From Gammaproteobacteria bacterium (GTDB lineage Bacteria > Pseudomonadota > Gammaproteobacteria > GCA-001735895), in the NCBI GenBank assembly GCA_050298595.1, contig JBNKUM010000048.1:32001-96000 (forward strand): 64,000 nucleotides of DNA. The letters run 5' to 3'. Made by a program: the position numbers and the translations under genes. Positions 29,685 to 40,615 of this stretch are shown piece by piece. Within the stretch, counting starts at the first letter, position 1; each line of letters starts with the position of its first letter. The notes below the pieces were generated by a model. That model worked only from the letters and a program-made list of their open reading frames with translations, made no database searches and was not told where the DNA came from.

Positions 29685-32600
29685 TCAACTTAAAAATTGC
29701 TTTATAAAAGCTTCAATATGATCCATATCAAATCCTTTGGCCAGTTTTAGTAACTGCTGGGCAAAAGGGGCGTAGGACTCATCTAGCGCTTGCAAACGCT
29801 TTGCCTGATCCTGAATTTCGAAAATCTGTCCTTCTTCTGCTAACTTATACAGCAGCTGCAATTCTTTGATTGGTGGTGCCACTATGGACACTTCCTGCTC
29901 AGCCTCTGCCTCAGCGTAAACCCATTTCAAGTCCAATTTCCTTGCCAGCAAATCCAGCAGATGCTTCGGCTTGATCGGCTTGGGCAGAAATGCGTCACAG
30001 CCTGCTTGAATACTTTTTCCCTTGTCTGAATTGGACACACTGGCCGAAACGGCGATAATAATCAGTTTCTTCAACTCAGGCCGCTGTCGTATCTCCTGGG
30101 CTGCTTCAATACCGGATTTTATCGGCATCACCAAATCCATCACAATGGCATCGGGCTGCCATTGCAAAGCCTGATTCATGACTAGCTGTCCATCTTCAAG
30201 CGTATGTATCTCAAAACCCAGGGGTTCCAGCAAATCCACCAGTAGCATACGGTTATAGAGTTTATCATCAACTACCAGTAGCTTGCGGCGCTTTCCTTTA
30301 TAGCCCACGATGTTTTCGATCTTTGGCATGTCTTCCTCAAGCTCAGCCTCGCTCACTGGTAGAGTCACATCAAACCAGAAGCTAGTGCCCCGGCCCAGTT
30401 CGCTCTCCACCAGTAACTGTCCACCCATTTCCTGCACAAGCTTCTGGCTGATGGCCAGGCCCAATCCAGATCCATTAGAATACAGTCTGGCTTCACCGGA
30501 CTGTTCAAAGGGCTTGAAGATCAACTCTAACTGATCTTCGGAGATACCTATTCCAGTATCTTGCACGCAAAAACGCAGAGCGACTTCCGAAGTAGTGGCC
30601 TGATCTTTATCAAGCACCTCTACCGTCAGAGTAACATTGCCCTGTTTGGTGAATTTGACTGCATTGCCTAACAGATTGAGCAAGACCTGGCGCAAACGCG
30701 TCTCGTCAGCCTGGATCACGCTAGGCAAGGGTGAGAGATTCTCGCAGGTCAGTGTCAGGTTCCTGGCTTCGTGCCTGGAAAGGACAATATCCATAATCTG
30801 CTGCAGGAAGCTGGGCAGGTGGAAGGGTGAGGAATGCAGCTCCAGCCTGCCAGCTTCGACTTTTGCCAGATCGAGGATGTCGTTGATCAGCATCAGCAGA
30901 TGCTCTCCACTTTGTTCCATAACGTTCAGATCATCGGCCATCTGGCCCGTGTTACCGGCTCGTTGTTTGAGGATATAAGCGTAGCCTAATATTGCGTTGA
31001 GCGGTGTACGAAGCTCATGGCTCATATTAGCAAGAAAAACACTCTTGGCCTGGTTAGCTATCTCGGCCTTTTCCTTGGCTATGCGCAGTTCTTCGGTACG
31101 TTGGAAAACTTCTTCCTGCAGATGATGGCGATAATGTCTCAGTTCATCCTCCTTCAATTTCTGCTCGGTGATATCCTGCACCGTACCGATGGAACGGAGC
31201 GGCTTTCCGCTCGAGTCATAATCATGCTCGCACATCTCGCGCACATACTTGATCCGCTTATCCGGGAACAATAAGCGATGCACAATATCATAGGGCTGCC
31301 TGTTCGCGAGCGACTCTGTGTAAGCGTTGTTAACCATCTCGCGATCTTCGGGGTGAATCGTCTCCAGAAAGGCCTCGTAGGAGGCACCGAATTTCTGCTG
31401 GTCTATTTCAAAAATCTCGAATATCTCATCCGACCAGGTCAACTGGTTTTCAATCAGATCAAGCTCCCAGTTACCGAGATGTGCGAGGCGCTGTGCCTCT
31501 ACCAGTCGTCGTTGGCTCTCACGCAAGTTACGCAACACCAGCAGGCTAGTCAGTGCATCGGTAAGTCGCCGACCAATCTCTTCCAGCAACTGTTCCTCTG
31601 CTTTACTCCAGACTCGTGCGTTGGAACACTGCTGAAGCGCAAATAGCCAGGGCTTGCCCACTTTAGGAAAAAGAGCCTGGCAAATCATCGACTTGATAGA
31701 TAAGCGCTGGTGAATTTCACTAGACAGCTGCCACTTTGTGTCAGCACCGACCTGAAGCACACCGGGGTGACTCACAATATGTTGGATTACTGCCGTCATG
31801 CTGTCATCTAGCAGTAACTCTTCATTCAGGTCTCCAGATCCCTCATACTCCAAACGTGTGCGTTGCATGGGGATAGTCCAGGCTGTTGTAGCAGGGTCGC
31901 AGGGATACATTAGAAATACACGGTCGCAGTCGAATATCTCAAGTACCTCATCCAGCACGTCGCGCAGCATGGTTTCGAGATCACCAGCGCCCTGGATGGC
32001 GCGGTTAACCCGGTCCATATTGACCAGAAACTCAGCATGCTGCCTACGCTCCTGTTCAGCCTTTTTAAATTCGGTGATATCTCGCCCTTCTGGAATCAGT
32101 TGAATAACACGGCCTGTGGAATCGGTGATGGGTGAAAGGGAAAAGTCGACATGGTGTATATTGCCATACCTGTCGGGATGGGTGACCTCGAAGCGCATAA
32201 ACTCTCCGCCCGCTACCCGACGAATCGCATCCTTCAGTTGTTGTTGCAGTTCAGTGGAATGACTCCACCAGGGTGTCTCCCAGAACGGTTTGCCGATGAC
32301 CTCAGTCTCCTCGATTCCACTAAAATTCAGTGCGGTACGGTTGACTTTAAGGACTATTCCATCCACTGATAACAGGCCAATAAACTGGAAGGTCTGGTCG
32401 ATGATTGCCTGTAGCTTCTGTTCGCTGCTGCGCAGTTCCTCCTGCATATGCATGTGTTCAGTCACGTCTCGTGAAAGAAGTAGAAATCGAGCTTCACTGC
32501 CAGGAACGTCGGATGGCTTTTTCGAAATGGATAACTCAAACCAACGGGTACCTTCCGGCAGGTCGAGACTCAGGATATTACCGAACGACAGACCTTTCTT

Positions 32601-33749
32601 CTCCGCTTCGTAAATGGCCTTCATACTGACAGCAGCGGCTTCGGCTGGGAGTACCTCATTGATAGTCTTACCGAGTAAGTCCTCTCGTGGTGCCGCCAGT
32701 AACTCTGGCTGCCACGTCCAGATGTTGAGGTATCTTCCTTCTATATCGACCTCGATCAGTATATCTGGTAATGCGTTAATCACCCCCTCAGTAAACGCCA
32801 ACGCCTGCTTGAGTTGACGCTCAACCTCCTTGCGTTGGGTGATGTCGAACAGGGAAACAACCACTCTGGACAGGCTCTCTTCATACCCGGGGCAAACGGT
32901 TACAGTTACGGTAACCTCAATCGTCACACCCGCAAGCGTTTTCACCACTGCATCGCTGCTCATCGTGGTATTGCCCTGCCACAGGTGGATCAGCTCCTGG
33001 CGAAATGAAGCTAACGATTCGGGTGTAAAGGTGTTAATCAGTCCCGCTAGTAGCTCTTCTTTGTTAGTGGCCCCATGTAACCGCAAAGCGGCATTGTTTA
33101 CATCAATGACTCTGACCAGCTCTGCGCACTGCTGAACGATTTCTGGATGCTGCTCGAAGTGGGCTTCGATATCGGTCACGCCGTTATTGCGCAGATCATC
33201 TAAAAGCGTTTTTATCGCGGAAAAATCTTCCTCCCAGGTTGGCACCGGGGAGTTCTCGAAGATCTGGCGGTAGCTCGCTTCGTTTTCCTTCAACACGTTC
33301 AGGTTTTGGGCATTCTCGAGGGAAACCGCTGTCAGAGATGCGAGCATTTCTATAACCGAGCGCTGTTGCTGTGTGAAGCTGTTCCCTGTGAGGTCGTTTT
33401 CGAGGTAGATGACGCCTAAAGGCCCAGCCTTGCCTGAAAGCGGCAAGCACAGTAACGACTTTGGCTTTGTTTTCAGCAGGTGATCATCATTGGCAAAGTC
33501 ACCAATATCCCTGTCCACTTCAGCCAGCAATACGCCACTGCCTGTTTGTTTTACATGCCTGGTAATTGTCTCGGCAATACCCGGGTAGGCAGGCGATGGC
33601 GCATGATGGATTTCAATCTCTCCCTGTGCTTCCGCCAGCGCATATAACTCCAGATTGGGTTCTACTGACAGGTAGCCTTTTTGTGCGCCAGCATGCTCCA
33701 TGGCATGACATAGAAATGTCTCCGCGACTATGTCCAATTGTTTGCTCAT
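29685..33749 (-). CDS. Cytoplasmic GAF/multi-PAS hybrid histidine kinase with REC domain
   Basis: GAF GVIYLEN, several PAS domains, [42 protein letters not shown]. Confidence 0.93.
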   Translation of the reverse strand: MSKQLDIVAETFLCHAMEHAGAQKGYLSVEPNLELYALAEAQGEIEIHHAPSPAYPGIAETITRHVKQTGSGVLLAEVDRDIGDFANDDHLLKTKPKSLLCLPLSGKAGPLGVIYLENDLTGNSFTQQQRSVIEMLASLTAVSLENAQNLNVLKENEASYRQIFENSPVPTWEEDFSAIKTLLDDLRNNGVTDIEAHFEQHPEIVQQCAELVRVIDVNNAALRLHGATNKEELLAGLINTFTPESLASFRQELIHLWQGNTTMSSDAVVKTLAGVTIEVTVTVTVCPGYEESLSRVVVSLFDITQRKEVERQLKQALAFTEGVINALPDILIEVDIEGRYLNIWTWQPELLAAPREDLLGKTINEVLPAEAAAVSMKAIYEAEKKGLSFGNILSLDLPEGTRWFELSISKKPSDVPGSEARFLLLSRDVTEHMHMQEELRSSEQKLQAIIDQTFQFIGLLSVDGIVLKVNRTALNFSGIEETEVIGKPFWETPWWSHSTELQQQLKDAIRRVAGGEFMRFEVTHPDRYGNIHHVDFSLSPITDSTGRVIQLIPEGRDITEFKKAEQERRQHAEFLVNMDRVNRAIQGAGDLETMLRDVLDEVLEIFDCDRVFLMYPCDPATTAWTIPMQRTRLEYEGSGDLNEELLLDDSMTAVIQHIVSHPGVLQVGADTKWQLSSEIHQRLSIKSMICQALFPKVGKPWLFALQQCSNARVWSKAEEQLLEEIGRRLTDALTSLLVLRNLRESQRRLVEAQRLAHLGNWELDLIENQLTWSDEIFEIFEIDQQKFGASYEAFLETIHPEDREMVNNAYTESLANRQPYDIVHRLLFPDKRIKYVREMCEHDYDSSGKPLRSIGTVQDITEQKLKEDELRHYRHHLQEEVFQRTEELRIAKEKAEIANQAKSVFLANMSHELRTPLNAILGYAYILKQRAGNTGQMADDLNVMEQSGEHLLMLINDILDLAKVEAGRLELHSSPFHLPSFLQQIMDIVLSRHEARNLTLTCENLSPLPSVIQADETRLRQVLLNLLGNAVKFTKQGNVTLTVEVLDKDQATTSEVALRFCVQDTGIGISEDQLELIFKPFEQSGEARLYSNGSGLGLAISQKLVQEMGGQLLVESELGRGTSFWFDVTLPVSEAELEEDMPKIENIVGYKGKRRKLLVVDDKLYNRMLLVDLLEPLGFEIHTLEDGQLVMNQALQWQPDAIVMDLVMPIKSGIEAAQEIRQRPELKKLIIIAVSASVSNSDKGKSIQAGCDAFLPKPIKPKHLLDLLARKLDLKWVYAEAEAEQEVSIVAPPIKELQLLYKLAEEGQIFEIQDQAKRLQALDESYAPFAQQLLKLAKGFDMDHIEAFIKQFLS

Positions 33750-34759
33750 CGCATATATAAGCTGATAAAAGCTAAAATCTGTTGCATATCAAATCCTTTG
33801 GCCAGTTTCTGTAGTTGCTGTGCAAACGGAATGTAAGCCTCATTCTCTGCTTCCAGACGAGAAGCCAACTCCTGTATTTCATAAATTTGTCCTTCTTCGG
33901 CTAACTTGAATAACTCGCTCAACTGCTCGCTGGGCGGCGCAACCAGGGGTGCTTCGCCTTCACTATCTACCTCAGCATATACCCATGTCAATCCCAGCTG
34001 TGCTGCCAGCCAGTCAAACAGGTTCTGTGCCTTGATCGGCTTCGGCAGAAACTCATCAAAGCCGGCTTCAAGGCTTTTGTCCCGATCTGATTTTGACACA
34101 CTGGCCGAGACAGCGACAATAAACTTATCCTTTAACTCTGGCCTCTGGCGCATCTCCCGCACTGCATCAACGCCTGATTTCACTGGCATCACCAGATCCA
34201 TAACGATGACATCTGGTTGCCACAGCAGGGCCTTATCTATCGCCTGCTGTCCATCTTCGGCCTCGTTCAGCCACCACAGGGTGTCGTTGGCCAGACTATT
34301 GGGGTTGTGTTCGTCGTGTTGATAGTATTTCCAGGTGTTGTGTACCGGGTCATATCGAACCAGTCTGGCACCATAGTTGCTGAACCACAGCGTGCCATCA
34401 CGACCTTCGAGCATAGTGTAGTAGAAATGCGGTGTGCTTTTGCTGCCCTCGGCCTGGGGCATGAAGGTGGTCATCGTCATCCCATCATAGCGGTTAATGC
34501 CCTCGACGGTGGTCATCCAGATAAAACCCTGACGATCCTGCTGGACGTGGAATACCGAATTGTGTGACAGGCCATCATCGATAGTCAGATGCTGGAATAC
34601 GGCCTGTTTTGATGGACTTTGTCGAACTGGATTAGAGTGATCAGGCTCTGCCGCTACAGTATTGCTATTGATAGTCGTACTGATTATGGTGAGGATAAGT
34701 GGAATCAGAACGATAACAGCCAGAGCTAATATCTTTTCTAACAGGACTTTGATCTTCAT
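33746..34759 (-). pseudogene. Internally deleted hybrid kinase: two-component propeller start fused in frame to a partial REC domain
   Basis: FQHLTIDDGLSHNSV...QDRQGFIW...GINRYDG propeller repeats join at EAEDG to a receiver lacking its first strand and acidic pair. Confidence 0.7.
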
Positions 34760-35082
34760 TTGTGGTACCCAGATTCAGGTTAGTCGACCTTGATGGAATA
34801 AGTCTGCCTGACGCTCGAAATATCACTGCCACGATTGAATTAATACTCAATAGATCGAGCAATCGCTCTGTTATTATTCAATTATAGAGGATTGTGGATG
34901 AATTCTTATATAAACCCTTCCATTGCCTGATCTTGGCCAATTTTTTCTAATCCCATGTTTACTCAAGTGATTTAACAACCATTCTTATACTTTACTAACT
35001 AGCTTTACTAACTAGAGTGAAAAGCAGTATTGCTGCGCACCCTCAATTGACCAGACTTATAATGAAGTCCAAAATCTATTAG

Positions 35083-36693
35083 ATGGAAACACTCTTATCA
35101 TCCATTCCTCCCAGTGATCCTATCTGGCTTGCGATTGCCTTTATATTCGGGTTTCTGGTTAAGTTAACAGGTTTACCTCCTCTAGTCGGGTTCCTGTTTG
35201 CTGGCTTTATACTCAATGGTCTGGGTGCTGAAGGTGGTGAGTTTCTAAGTTCAATAGCTGATCTTGGGATCACTCTTCTACTTTTTACCATAGGCCTTAA
35301 ACTGCAGGTTAAATCCCTCGCCAGACCTGAAGTCTGGGGAGTGGCATCAATACATATGGCAGGAGTGACATTACTACTGTCAGGAATAGTTTTCCTGATA
35401 GCTCAATTTAATCTTTCTCTATTGAATGAGCTGGATTTCCAGGCTGCGTTACTTATTGGTTTCGTTTTGTCGTTTTCCAGTACTGTTTTTGCAATAAAAA
35501 TACTCGATGAACTAGGTGCTACCTCTTCGGCGCATGGAAGGATTTCGATTGGTGTGCTTGTAGTTCAGGATATTGTAGCCGTAATATTTCTAGCCGTATC
35601 TGTCGGTAAAATACCATCACTATGGGCAGTCGGCCTGCTCTTGCTTTTACCTGCCAGGCAGGTGTTGAGAAAAGCTCTGGATTACTCAGGACATGGAGAA
35701 TTATTAGTTTTATTCGGTATTGTGCTTGCGTTAGGTGGCGCAGATATATTTGAACTGGTCGGAATGAAAGGTGATGTCGGCGCGCTTATTTTAGGCATGT
35801 TGTTGGCTAACCACCCTAAATCCAGTGAATTGTCCAAGGCATTATTAAGCTTCAAGGATTTGTTTCTGGTTGGTTTTTTTCTCAGTGTCGGCATGACCGC
35901 TTTGCCTGGCTGGCAGGAATTCTGGGTAGCTCTGATATTCATCGCTTTTCTACCCATTAAAACGGCTCTCTATTTTGGCCTGTTCAATGTTTTTTATCTT
36001 AGAGCCAGCACCTCGTGGCGGGCCTCATTAAATCTTGCAAACTATAGTGAATTTGGACTCATCGTCGGGTCGTTAGCAACCGTATCTGGCTGGTTACCCA
36101 AAGAATGGTTAGCGGTTTTTGCTATAGTTTTATCTTTATCTTTCATTATCTCTTCACCACTGGTTTCAATACGTGATCATCTTTATAAACAATGGCGATC
36201 ATCTTTTAAGCAGTTTGAACGTAAGACAAGACTCTCTGGTGAAGAAGACCTGGATTTAGCGCATATTGAAGTTGCTATTTTTGGTATGGGGCGTATGGGT
36301 AGTGCAGCCTATCAAGCCATTGAACTGGATTTTCATAATCGTTTACTTGGCGTTGAAATCGATGCTGACAAGGCCTTAAAACACCAGCAATTAAATCGTT
36401 ATGTAGTGGCGGGAGATGCAACCAATCTCGACTTCTGGTCAAGAGCGCCACAGCTCATTGATGGTTTACAATGGGTGTTACTCACCTTGCCTACGCATAA
36501 TGCGAATAAGGCAGCAGCATTACTGCTGCAGGATATGGGGTTTAAAGGAAAAATTGCAGCAACCTCAAAATATGATGACGAGGCTGAGGAGCTCAGTGCA
36601 ATTGGTGTCGACTGTTCATTTAATATTTATGCCGAAGCAGGCAGCGGATATGCAAATGACCTGAAAAGTCGATTGAACCCCTTATCATTATAA
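35083..36693 (+). CDS. CPA2/Kef-type cation:proton antiporter with TrkA-N domain
   Basis: GLPPLVGFL, LFTIGLKL, SFSST, VQDI, SEFGLI; C-terminal GMGRMG and GDAT. Confidence 0.9.
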   Translation: METLLSSIPPSDPIWLAIAFIFGFLVKLTGLPPLVGFLFAGFILNGLGAEGGEFLSSIADLGITLLLFTIGLKLQVKSLARPEVWGVASIHMAGVTLLLSGIVFLIAQFNLSLLNELDFQAALLIGFVLSFSSTVFAIKILDELGATSSAHGRISIGVLVVQDIVAVIFLAVSVGKIPSLWAVGLLLLLPARQVLRKALDYSGHGELLVLFGIVLALGGADIFELVGMKGDVGALILGMLLANHPKSSELSKALLSFKDLFLVGFFLSVGMTALPGWQEFWVALIFIAFLPIKTALYFGLFNVFYLRASTSWRASLNLANYSEFGLIVGSLATVSGWLPKEWLAVFAIVLSLSFIISSPLVSIRDHLYKQWRSSFKQFERKTRLSGEEDLDLAHIEVAIFGMGRMGSAAYQAIELDFHNRLLGVEIDADKALKHQQLNRYVVAGDATNLDFWSRAPQLIDGLQWVLLTLPTHNANKAAALLLQDMGFKGKIAATSKYDDEAEELSAIGVDCSFNIYAEAGSGYANDLKSRLNPLSL

Positions 36694-36806
36694 GAATAGA
36701 GACGGGTAAGATATTGCAGGGCAACTCTGTAGAGACAACACCCCTTTAGCTGTCATGGGGAGAATATCCGATGCTCAAGCCATAAAGAAACTATGATTTA
36801 AGGACT

Positions 36807-37556
36807 ATGCAACAGGTTAAAATTCGTTTTTATGAAGAGCTCAACGACTTCCTGCAAGCTGATCAACAAAAAACCGAATTCAGTTATGAGCTAAAGCAGA
36901 CCCGGTCTATCAAAGACCTTATTGAGTCAATCGGAGTACCTCACACAGAAGTAGACCTGATTATTGTGAATGGCGAATCCGTTGATTTTAATTACCAGAT
37001 TCAAAACGATGATCATATCAGTGTATATCCAGTTTTTGAGTCGCTGGATATCTCCCACCTTAAACATTGTCAGCCAACCCCCTTACGCAACACACGCTTT
37101 GTACTTGACGTTCACCTCGGCAAGCTGGCGGCTTACCTTCGCATGCTCGGTTTCGACACACTATACCGTAATGACTACGATGATCCGGAACTCGCCAGAA
37201 TATCAATAGATGAACATCGCATACTGCTCAGCTACGACCGACAGTTGCTGATGCGTAAACATATTACCCACGCATACTTTGTGCGCAGCCGATACCCCCA
37301 ACAACAGGTATTAGAAATTCTGTCTCGCTTCGACCTGTACAATAATCTAAAACCCTTCACCCGCTGTATGCAGTGCAATGGAAAAATCCAGCTAGTAAAA
37401 AAACGGGACATAGAAAGCAGACTGCAAGCTCAAACTAAAAAACATTACGATGAATTCTTTCAGTGCAGACACTGTAATAAAATTTACTGGAAAGGCAGCC
37501 ATTATCAAAAAATGAGCCGGATGATAAAGCAAATTGTCGAACGAGATACTCCTTAA
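36807..37556 (+). CDS. Ubiquitin-like domain plus Mut7-C (PIN-like) RNase with Zn ribbon
   Basis: RFYEELNDFL...KDLIESIGVPHTEVDLIIVNG; DVHLGKLA..LRMLGFD; CMQC...CRHC..IYWKGSH. Confidence 0.9.
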   Translation: MQQVKIRFYEELNDFLQADQQKTEFSYELKQTRSIKDLIESIGVPHTEVDLIIVNGESVDFNYQIQNDDHISVYPVFESLDISHLKHCQPTPLRNTRFVLDVHLGKLAAYLRMLGFDTLYRNDYDDPELARISIDEHRILLSYDRQLLMRKHITHAYFVRSRYPQQQVLEILSRFDLYNNLKPFTRCMQCNGKIQLVKKRDIESRLQAQTKKHYDEFFQCRHCNKIYWKGSHYQKMSRMIKQIVERDTP

Positions 37557-37679
37557 AGAAAGTCGAGATCAGTGTTTAAGGTAGCTTTGTAGGTAGCAAT
37601 TTTGTACTTAATATTCTTCATGAGTAACGGCCACATATTCATGTAAAATATCGGCTCCCAAAAACACTGGCTTCATCTC

Positions 37680-39731
37680 ATGCCCAAGAACACTGTCTAT
37701 TCCGTCTGCCCCCATGATTGTCCCAGCGTGTGTGCGTTGGAAGTTGAAGTACTGGAAAATAATCGTATCGGCAAGGTAAATGGCTCAAAACAGCTGCCTT
37801 ATACCGATGGCATTGTTTGCGGCAAGGTGGCTCGCTATAGCGAACGTATCCATCATCCTGAGCGCCTTTTATATCCCATGAAACGAGTCGGTGCGAAAGG
37901 CTCTGGTCAGTTCAAGCGCATTAGCTGGGATGAGGCGCTTGATACGGTTGCCAGTGCTTTGTTAAAAGCAGAACAGGAACATGGTGCAGAATCAGTGTGG
38001 CCCTATTTTTATGGCGGTACCATGGGGTTGTTGATGCGTAAAGGCATTAATCGCCTGCGCCATGCAAAAGGTTATTCCAATATGGCAGGAACCATTTGCA
38101 TTGCTTTATCCAACCCCGGCTGGCAGGCTGGTGCAGGTGGTTTTAATGGTGTAGATGCGCGTGAAATGGCGAAATCCGATGTCATCGTTATCTGGGGCAC
38201 TAATGCTGTTTCGACTCAGGTACATGTGATGACTCATGCGCTGGAAGGCGTGCGTAATGGTGCCAAACTGGTTGTTATTGATCCTTACCGAACCAGGACC
38301 GCACAGCGTGCTGATATGCATCTGGCGGTGCGCCCCGGCACCGATGGTGCGCTTGCCTGTGCACTTATGCATATTCTGTTTCGTGATGGCTATGCTGATC
38401 GAGAATACCTGGCCCGTTACACCGATGCGCCGGATGAGCTAGAGCAGCACCTTAAGACTAAAACGCCTGAGTGGGCGGCTAACATTACGGGTCTATCTAT
38501 TAAGCAGATAGAACAATTCGCGAGACTATACGGTAGTACCAAAAAATCTTATATCCGCCTGGGCTATGGGTTTTCCCGCTCGCGTAATGGTGCGGTGAAT
38601 GTGCATGCTGTGTCGTGTTTACCGGCGCTGACTGGAGCCTGGTCTGTACAAGGTGGCGGAGCATTGTATTCCCTGAGTCCACTGGCACAGGTGAATATGC
38701 AATTGATCGAAGCCCCTGAGCTGAAACAGGCTGGCACACGTACTCTGGACATGTCGCGTATAGGCGATATTTTAACCGGCGATAGTGACGCTCTGTGTGG
38801 CGGAGTTCCGGTCAAAGCCATGTTGATTCAAAATACCAACCCCGTCGTGGTTGCCCCTGAATCAGCCAAAGTCAAAGCCGGTTTTATGCGTGAGGATCTG
38901 TTTGTCTGTGTGCATGAGCAATTCATGACTGAGACAGCACGAATGGCCGATATCGTATTACCGGCCACCATGTTTCTGGAGCATGATGATATCTATAGTC
39001 CAGGCGGTCATGCGGTACTACAGGTCGCTAAAAAAATAGTGCCTGCGCCAGGTGAATGCCGCTCCAACCATGAATTGATTTGTGCATTAGCTAAAAGACT
39101 GGGACTTAAACATCCCGGCTTTGAAATGTCCGCCTGGGATATTCTGGATGAGTCCCTGCTTCGCTCTGGTTACCCTGATGCCGAGCAAATTCATCAACAA
39201 CAGGGACTGGATGTTAGCACTTCATTTGAAGAGTCACACTTTCTCAATGGCTTCCTGCATGCGGACGGTAAGTTTCACTTTAAAGCCAACTGGGCTGCTT
39301 TAGGCTGCGTGGGACCTGGGATGCCATCATTTCCGGATCATTGGGCGGTGACAGATGAGACCTCAGAACACAGGCCCTACCGCTTAGTCACGGCACCTGC
39401 GCAAAATTTTCTCAACTCCAGTTTTAATGAGGCCCCATCTTCCCGCCAGAAAGAATCACAACCGAAAGCCATGATTCATGCAGACGTATTAAACAAAATA
39501 GGCGTACCAAATGGCGCTACGGTTCGTATTGGTAATGACAGGAATTCTATTTTAATCATAGCTGAGGCGGTGACAGGTCAGCATACAGATACCATTGTTG
39601 TAGAAGGGCTATGGTTAAACAGCGACTTTATTGAAGGCCTGGGCATCAATGCCCTGACCTCCTCTGAGCCTGGTTTTCCAGCAGGCGGTGCAGCTTTTCA
39701 TGATACCAGTGTCTGGTTAAAGCCATCATAA
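37680..39731 (+). CDS. Molybdopterin-dependent oxidoreductase
   Basis: CPHDCPSVC...C Fe-S motif, RLLYPMKR, ISWDEALD, RPGTDGALA, ADIVLPATMFLE. Confidence 0.92.
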   Translation: MPKNTVYSVCPHDCPSVCALEVEVLENNRIGKVNGSKQLPYTDGIVCGKVARYSERIHHPERLLYPMKRVGAKGSGQFKRISWDEALDTVASALLKAEQEHGAESVWPYFYGGTMGLLMRKGINRLRHAKGYSNMAGTICIALSNPGWQAGAGGFNGVDAREMAKSDVIVIWGTNAVSTQVHVMTHALEGVRNGAKLVVIDPYRTRTAQRADMHLAVRPGTDGALACALMHILFRDGYADREYLARYTDAPDELEQHLKTKTPEWAANITGLSIKQIEQFARLYGSTKKSYIRLGYGFSRSRNGAVNVHAVSCLPALTGAWSVQGGGALYSLSPLAQVNMQLIEAPELKQAGTRTLDMSRIGDILTGDSDALCGGVPVKAMLIQNTNPVVVAPESAKVKAGFMREDLFVCVHEQFMTETARMADIVLPATMFLEHDDIYSPGGHAVLQVAKKIVPAPGECRSNHELICALAKRLGLKHPGFEMSAWDILDESLLRSGYPDAEQIHQQQGLDVSTSFEESHFLNGFLHADGKFHFKANWAALGCVGPGMPSFPDHWAVTDETSEHRPYRLVTAPAQNFLNSSFNEAPSSRQKESQPKAMIHADVLNKIGVPNGATVRIGNDRNSILIIAEAVTGQHTDTIVVEGLWLNSDFIEGLGINALTSSEPGFPAGGAAFHDTSVWLKPS

Positions 39732-39751
39732 GTGCTTTAACCATAATAAAT

Positions 39752-39778
39752 AAAACCATCTCATTTGAGATGGCTTTT
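39752..39778. terminator. Probable bidirectional intrinsic terminator
   Basis: AAAA-CCATCTC-ATTT-GAGATGG-CTTTT just after the oxidoreductase stop. Confidence 0.65.
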
Positions 39779-40051
39779 GAAAATAATTTTTTTGTCAGGC
39801 AAATTAATCAGGAATCTTTATGCTCAAGCTCTAATAAAGAACCCCATACATCATCCTTAAAATCGCATCTATTGCTCGTTTGTCCTGGATGGACCCGATT
39901 GAGCACTGTAGTTGCCCAGAACAAAAGTAAATTAGTGGCATACCTGCCACCATGAAAATCAACATTCATCAGCAATTTATTAATACCGGAATCCATGATT
40001 TCAGGACGAGTTTATAGCGTAACAAATTCAGGTCAAAACGAGAATATTCAG

Positions 40052-40603
40052 CTACTTTAACTGTGCTATCACCTGTTGAGCATCTGCAACCAGCGGGTGG
40101 TCTGGGTTTTCATCAACAAATTTCTGCATGCTTGCTTTTGCTTCTACCTTTTTACCTAATCCTGCATGACATAGTGCTTTAGCAAAAAGCGCATTTGGTA
40201 CCAGAGAGCTGTTGCTGTATTGCTGAATAAATGATGCGAAGGCTTTTTGTGAATCGTCCAGTTCACCATTATCCATTAACTGTTGCGCTTTGGAGAATTT
40301 CTTCAACTCCTGCTGGAATTTTTCATCTTGCGATAAATCACCTTTCCAGTAGGGTTGAATCAAGGTTTCCGTTGCTTCAGCTCCACGAATTCCGGCGGTA
40401 TAGACTGCGTTATGTTTCGCCTCGTAACGAGTTTGCGGATTGAAGGCTCGCAACTTTGACCACACATTCAGGAAAAAACCCTTGAACACACTGTGAGTTT
40501 CCGTCTGTGTAATGATTGTCTGTGGCGGGGTCTCGGTCTCTGCCCGGGGTAGCCCGCTATACAATATTGAAAGCGGGATCAGGATCATGAATATTGTTTT
40601 CAT
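40052..40603 (-). CDS. Exported small TPR protein (YbgF/CpoB-like C-terminus)
   Basis: Signal-peptide-like N-terminus; FIQQYSNSSLVPNALF and FVDENPDHPLVADA. Confidence 0.75.
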   Translation of the reverse strand: MKTIFMILIPLSILYSGLPRAETETPPQTIITQTETHSVFKGFFLNVWSKLRAFNPQTRYEAKHNAVYTAGIRGAEATETLIQPYWKGDLSQDEKFQQELKKFSKAQQLMDNGELDDSQKAFASFIQQYSNSSLVPNALFAKALCHAGLGKKVEAKASMQKFVDENPDHPLVADAQQVIAQLK

Positions 40604-40615
40604 CGTGTTTTACCT

